A stretch of 64,000 bases of DNA, taken from Octopus sinensis. Its lineage: Eukaryota. Numbering within the stretch: position 1 is the stretch's first letter; each line of letters begins with the position of its first letter. The position numbers and the translations under genes were made by a program. The notes below the pieces were generated by a model that had not been told where the DNA came from, made no database searches, and saw only the letters and a program-made list of their open reading frames with translations. The stretch covers positions 15,686,001 to 15,750,000 of the forward strand of contig NC_043025.1 of assembly GCF_006345805.1 (NCBI RefSeq), given 5' to 3'. This document shows, piece by piece, positions 63,976-64,000 of the stretch.

Positions 63976-64000
63976 TAATAATAATAATAATAATAATAAT
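62828..64000. repeat. >1.1-kb (AAT)n microsatellite with a recurring AAATAGTAATGATAATGGT motif
   Basis: Direct observation; runs off the window end. Confidence 0.95.

Overview
AT-rich, intron-containing animal DNA. The SINE, LINE and microsatellite repertoire looks like an Octopus-type cephalopod genome; this is recognised from memory, not from a search. Positions 1-20059 are a ~107-bp satellite array (~165 monomers). It is interrupted at 5022-7739 by a 5'-truncated CR1-clade LINE whose checked frameshifts (5' end) are all single-base homopolymer deficits. A 100-N gap follows. Two convergent genes lie after the gap. The first is the last coding exon of a GABA/glycine/GluCl-type Cys-loop receptor (+, 21468-21746). 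The second is ten coding exons (-, 60054 to 43194) of a large protein ending in a bacterial-TtcA-like PP-loop thiolase domain; its 5' exons lie beyond the window. The remainder is SINEs, Penelope-like element (PLE) remnants, Dong/R4 and RTE 3' ends, Helitron/HINE and piggyBac-type MITEs, minisatellites and microsatellites. The strongest leads are the uncharacterised animal TtcA-like enzyme and about ten minimal hammerhead-ribozyme motifs, most with palindromic stem III. These include two with canonical cores and a U3-A8 compensatory variant just upstream of the receptor's last exon. All coordinates were read by eye: exon boundaries were frame-checked, repeat edges are approximate.
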